NCBI GenBank assembly: GCA_902788645.1
Contig: CADAKW010000001.1
Span: 20,791 to 84,790 of the forward strand
Direction: 5' to 3'
From: an uncultured Lachnospiraceae bacterium
GTDB lineage: Bacteria > Bacillota > Clostridia > Lachnospirales > Lachnospiraceae
DNA length: 64,000 nucleotides
How positions within the stretch are numbered: the first letter of the stretch is position 1; the number at the start of each line of letters is the position of its first letter. Shown one piece after another: positions 61,588-64,000 of the stretch. Under the pieces are notes generated by a model that saw nothing but the letters and a program-made list of their open reading frames with translations, was not told where the DNA came from and made no database searches. The translations under genes were made by a program, and so were the position numbers.

Positions 61588-61764
61588 ATGAGATACTTTT
61601 ATTATGGAATGGAAAACCGGAAGAATGTATTATCAGCAGATCAGACAAAACCGGAACAAAGAGAATATCGTGAGGATGATCTGGTCATTGAAGAGGATAC
61701 GATCTATGAGATCGACAGGGAATGTGAGGCATGCAAAAAGAGGATCATGAAGAGCCGTTGGTGA
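61588..61764 (+). CDS. Small hypothetical protein (58 aa) with CxxC
   Basis: GGGAGG RBS before ATG 61588; DDLVIEEDTIYEIDRECEAC; followed by a hairpin. Confidence 0.7.
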   Translation: MRYFYYGMENRKNVLSADQTKPEQREYREDDLVIEEDTIYEIDRECEACKKRIMKSRW

Positions 61765-61778
61765 TGAAAGCAGAGAAA

Positions 61779-61798
61779 GGCTGCCCGGATGGGCAGCC
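61779..61798. terminator. Terminator hairpin between convergent small genes
   Basis: GGCTGCCC-GGAT-GGGCAGCC. Confidence 0.7.
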
Positions 61799-61855
61799 GT
61801 AAGCATTATTCCAAACGAGAACCACCGGGCTCAGGTTTAGAGGGTGGTGGAAACT

Positions 61856-62071
61856 TTAGAAGCCGTTTCCACAGCAGCACAGGATAAGTAAGATCCAGAT
61901 AATGGAACTGCAGCAGCTGTCGCCGCATCCATTTCCGAAACCGCCAAAACCGCTGTTACCGTTACCACAACAGCAGCAGAGAAGGAGCAGGATAATGATC
62001 CAGCTGCATCCTCCTTCGTTGTTATTGTTGCTGCATCCACATCCACAATCGGTTGCTGCTAAGTCACTCAT
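61856..62071 (-). CDS. Small Cys/Gly-rich protein, paralog 2 (71 aa)
   Basis: GGAGG RBS; MSDLAATDCGCGC...WIIILLLLCCCCG...WILLILCCCGNGF. Confidence 0.85.
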   Translation of the reverse strand: MSDLAATDCGCGCSNNNNEGGCSWIIILLLLCCCCGNGNSGFGGFGNGCGDSCCSSIIWILLILCCCGNGF

Positions 62072-62120
62072 GAATACCTCCGTTCTGTCATTTCATATGA
62101 CAGGATTTATATACATTTTT

Positions 62121-62150
62121 AACCTATGCAGGTTAGCTTGGACAGTTTCC
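62121..62150 (-). promoter_or_regulatory. sigK-type promoter with SpoIIID-like box
   Basis: Minus strand AC-N16-CATAGGTT; 15-bp GCTTGGACAGTTTCC identical to 61407-61421. Confidence 0.65.
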
Positions 62151-62192
62151 AAAAGAAATAAATAATCAAAAGAAAGGCATGGGAAGATCATA

Positions 62193-63512
62193 ATGAGAAC
62201 TCAACACGAAAGAAAAGATGCATGGCACCGGAAAATGAAATACGGGAAAAAATTATGTGCAGCAGGTCTTTGTCTTAATTTGTTTCTGATAACAACACTC
62301 ACGGGCTGTGCCGGTCTGCCGGGAGGAAAACGGCAGAAGGATGTATATGTACCACCGGAATCTACAGACGCTCCAATTACCGAGGAACCGGAGGTGGTCG
62401 GTATGAGCGATGAGGATGCTACCTATGCATCTTTGGAATATCTGGATCTGATGACCGATGAGGAAAAGGTGGGACAGCTGTTTACAGTAAATCTGGAACA
62501 GCTGGATGATACAAAGGGAGAATATTTTGAACATAAAAAGATCACCAAAACCATGAAGGAAACTCTGGAGAAATATCCTGTGGGGGGAGTTATCCTGTTT
62601 TCCAGAAATATATGGAACCGCAAGCAGACCAAAAAGCTGATCCGTAAGCTGCAGAAGAATGCAGCACTGCCTATGTTTATCAGTGTTGATGAGGAGGGCG
62701 GTGATGTTGCCCGCATTGGAAATAATCCGAAGATGAAAACAGATACATTCCCGACGATGGAAGAGATCGGGAAGACAGAGGATGCCGATTATGTGTATTA
62801 TATGGCATCCACCATTGGTCGTCAGATCGGAGAGCTTGGATTTAATGTGGACTTTGCACCGGTGGCCGATGTAAAGACAACGGAGATGAACAGCGAGATT
62901 GGTACCCGTTCTTTTGGGGATGATCCCAAAAAGGTGGCAGAGTTTGTGAGTGCATATGTAAAGGGACTGGAAAGCCAGAATATCTGTTCCACACTAAAGC
63001 ATTTTCCGGGACAGGGCTCCTCCAGTGGAGACACCCATCAGGGGAGTGTTGACATTGACAGCAGTATATCAAAGCTGCGAAAGATTGATTTCGTTCCATT
63101 TGTGAGCGGGATCGAGGCAGGAGCTGATTTTGTGATGATTTCCCATATCTCGGTCAGCAGAGTGACAGAAACCAGTGAACCCGCCAGTGTTTCCAAGCTG
63201 ATCATGACAACGATCCTTAGAGAGGAACTGGATTACAGCGGATTGATCGTAACCGATGCTTTTGATATGGCATGCATCACGGATAAGTATTCGGCTGCGG
63301 AAGCAGCAGTGAAGTCCTTTAATGCCGGTGCAGATATTATATTGATGCCGCAGGATCTGCCGGAGGCTTATGATGCGATCCTGAGTAAGGTGAAATCCGG
63401 AAAGATCACGGAAAAGCGGCTGAATGATACGGTACAGAGAATCCTCAAGTTAAAGTTTCAAAAGGGGATTATGACACTGGAGGACACGGAACAAAAGAAA
63501 ATGGGGGACTAA
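62193..63512 (+). CDS. GH3 beta-N-acetylhexosaminidase-like lipoprotein (NagZ-like)
   Basis: Lipobox LTGC, GGVILFSRN, SVDEEGG, DFAPVAD, KHFPGQG..GDTH, IVTDAFDM; start may be 62235. Confidence 0.9.
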   Translation: MRTQHERKDAWHRKMKYGKKLCAAGLCLNLFLITTLTGCAGLPGGKRQKDVYVPPESTDAPITEEPEVVGMSDEDATYASLEYLDLMTDEEKVGQLFTVNLEQLDDTKGEYFEHKKITKTMKETLEKYPVGGVILFSRNIWNRKQTKKLIRKLQKNAALPMFISVDEEGGDVARIGNNPKMKTDTFPTMEEIGKTEDADYVYYMASTIGRQIGELGFNVDFAPVADVKTTEMNSEIGTRSFGDDPKKVAEFVSAYVKGLESQNICSTLKHFPGQGSSSGDTHQGSVDIDSSISKLRKIDFVPFVSGIEAGADFVMISHISVSRVTETSEPASVSKLIMTTILREELDYSGLIVTDAFDMACITDKYSAAEAAVKSFNAGADIILMPQDLPEAYDAILSKVKSGKITEKRLNDTVQRILKLKFQKGIMTLEDTEQKKMGD

Positions 63513-63617
63513 ACCGCAAAAAGTTACAAACAAGTCTTGAGATTTTTCGTGGAATTGATATAATATATCTTGTGTTAATAGGGGTATTAGGACAATTGCA
63601 TAAGAATGGAGACAAAA

Positions 63618-64000
63618 ATGAGTGAGCATACCAAATGTAACAAACAGACATCATGTGAAGAATGCCATTGTTCCGGCTGCCTGCTTCATCAGGCAGAAGA
63701 ACCAAAGCTTGGAGAAGAGTGCGGAGTATTTGGAATGTACGATATGGAAGGCAGAGACGTAGCATCTACGATCTATTACGGACTGTTTTCCCTCCAGCAC
63801 AGAGGACAGGAGAGCTGTGGTATTGCAGTAAGCCGTACAGACGGTCCACCACGCAATTCCTCTTCCGTCAAAGGGATGGGACTTGTCAACGAGGTGTTCA
63901 ATGCAGAAAACCTCGGAAAGATGAAGGGAGATATCGGAGTCGGCCATGTTCGTTATTCTACGGCAGGTGCCAGCATTGCAGAGAATACACAGCCTTTGGT
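63618..64000 (+). CDS. purF: Amidophosphoribosyltransferase, partial (runs off the window; absent from the ORF track)
   Basis: Manual translation: ...KLGEECGVFG...YYGLFSLQHRGQESCGIA...KGMGLVNEVF...GVGHVRYSTAG...ENTQPL. Confidence 0.96.
   Translation, partial: MSEHTKCNKQTSCEECHCSGCLLHQAEEPKLGEECGVFGMYDMEGRDVASTIYYGLFSLQHRGQESCGIAVSRTDGPPRNSSSVKGMGLVNEVFNAENLGKMKGDIGVGHVRYSTAGASIAENTQPL

Noticed and set aside
61132-62071. Cys-rich peptides as RiPP or bacteriocin precursors
   Set aside because: No radical SAM, LanB/C/M, YcaO, peptidase or dedicated exporter nearby, no clear leader/core split, and sporulation-type promoters explain them better

Overview
A chromosomal window from a Clostridia-like Firmicute, probably Lachnospiraceae (inferred from gene content, gene order and sigA/sigE/sigK-type promoters). 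Most of it is housekeeping and metabolic: uvrA, hslO, clpC, radA, rdgB, citrate synthase, nfo, proB, potABCD, aroC and a partial purF. It also holds a Bce-type two-component/ABC module with a CPBP protease gene inserted, a glycoside hydrolase cluster (GH26, GH5, GH2, AraC, MATE), two chemoreceptor genes (one 5'-damaged), and small genes with sporulation-type promoters. I found no rRNA, tRNA, CRISPR array, integrase or transposase. The most notable signal is a STAND-like ATPase-wHTH gene whose promoter and leader carry seven helically phased CAGTAAA repeats arranged in a 39-bp higher-order unit. Also notable are two paralogous Cys/Gly-rich small proteins sharing a sigK-type promoter and SpoIIID-like box, a motif-degenerate ABC ATPase, a Cys-rich extended PurF propeptide, and several unannotated remnants and palindromic elements. 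All calls come from reading motifs by eye; no database searches were run.
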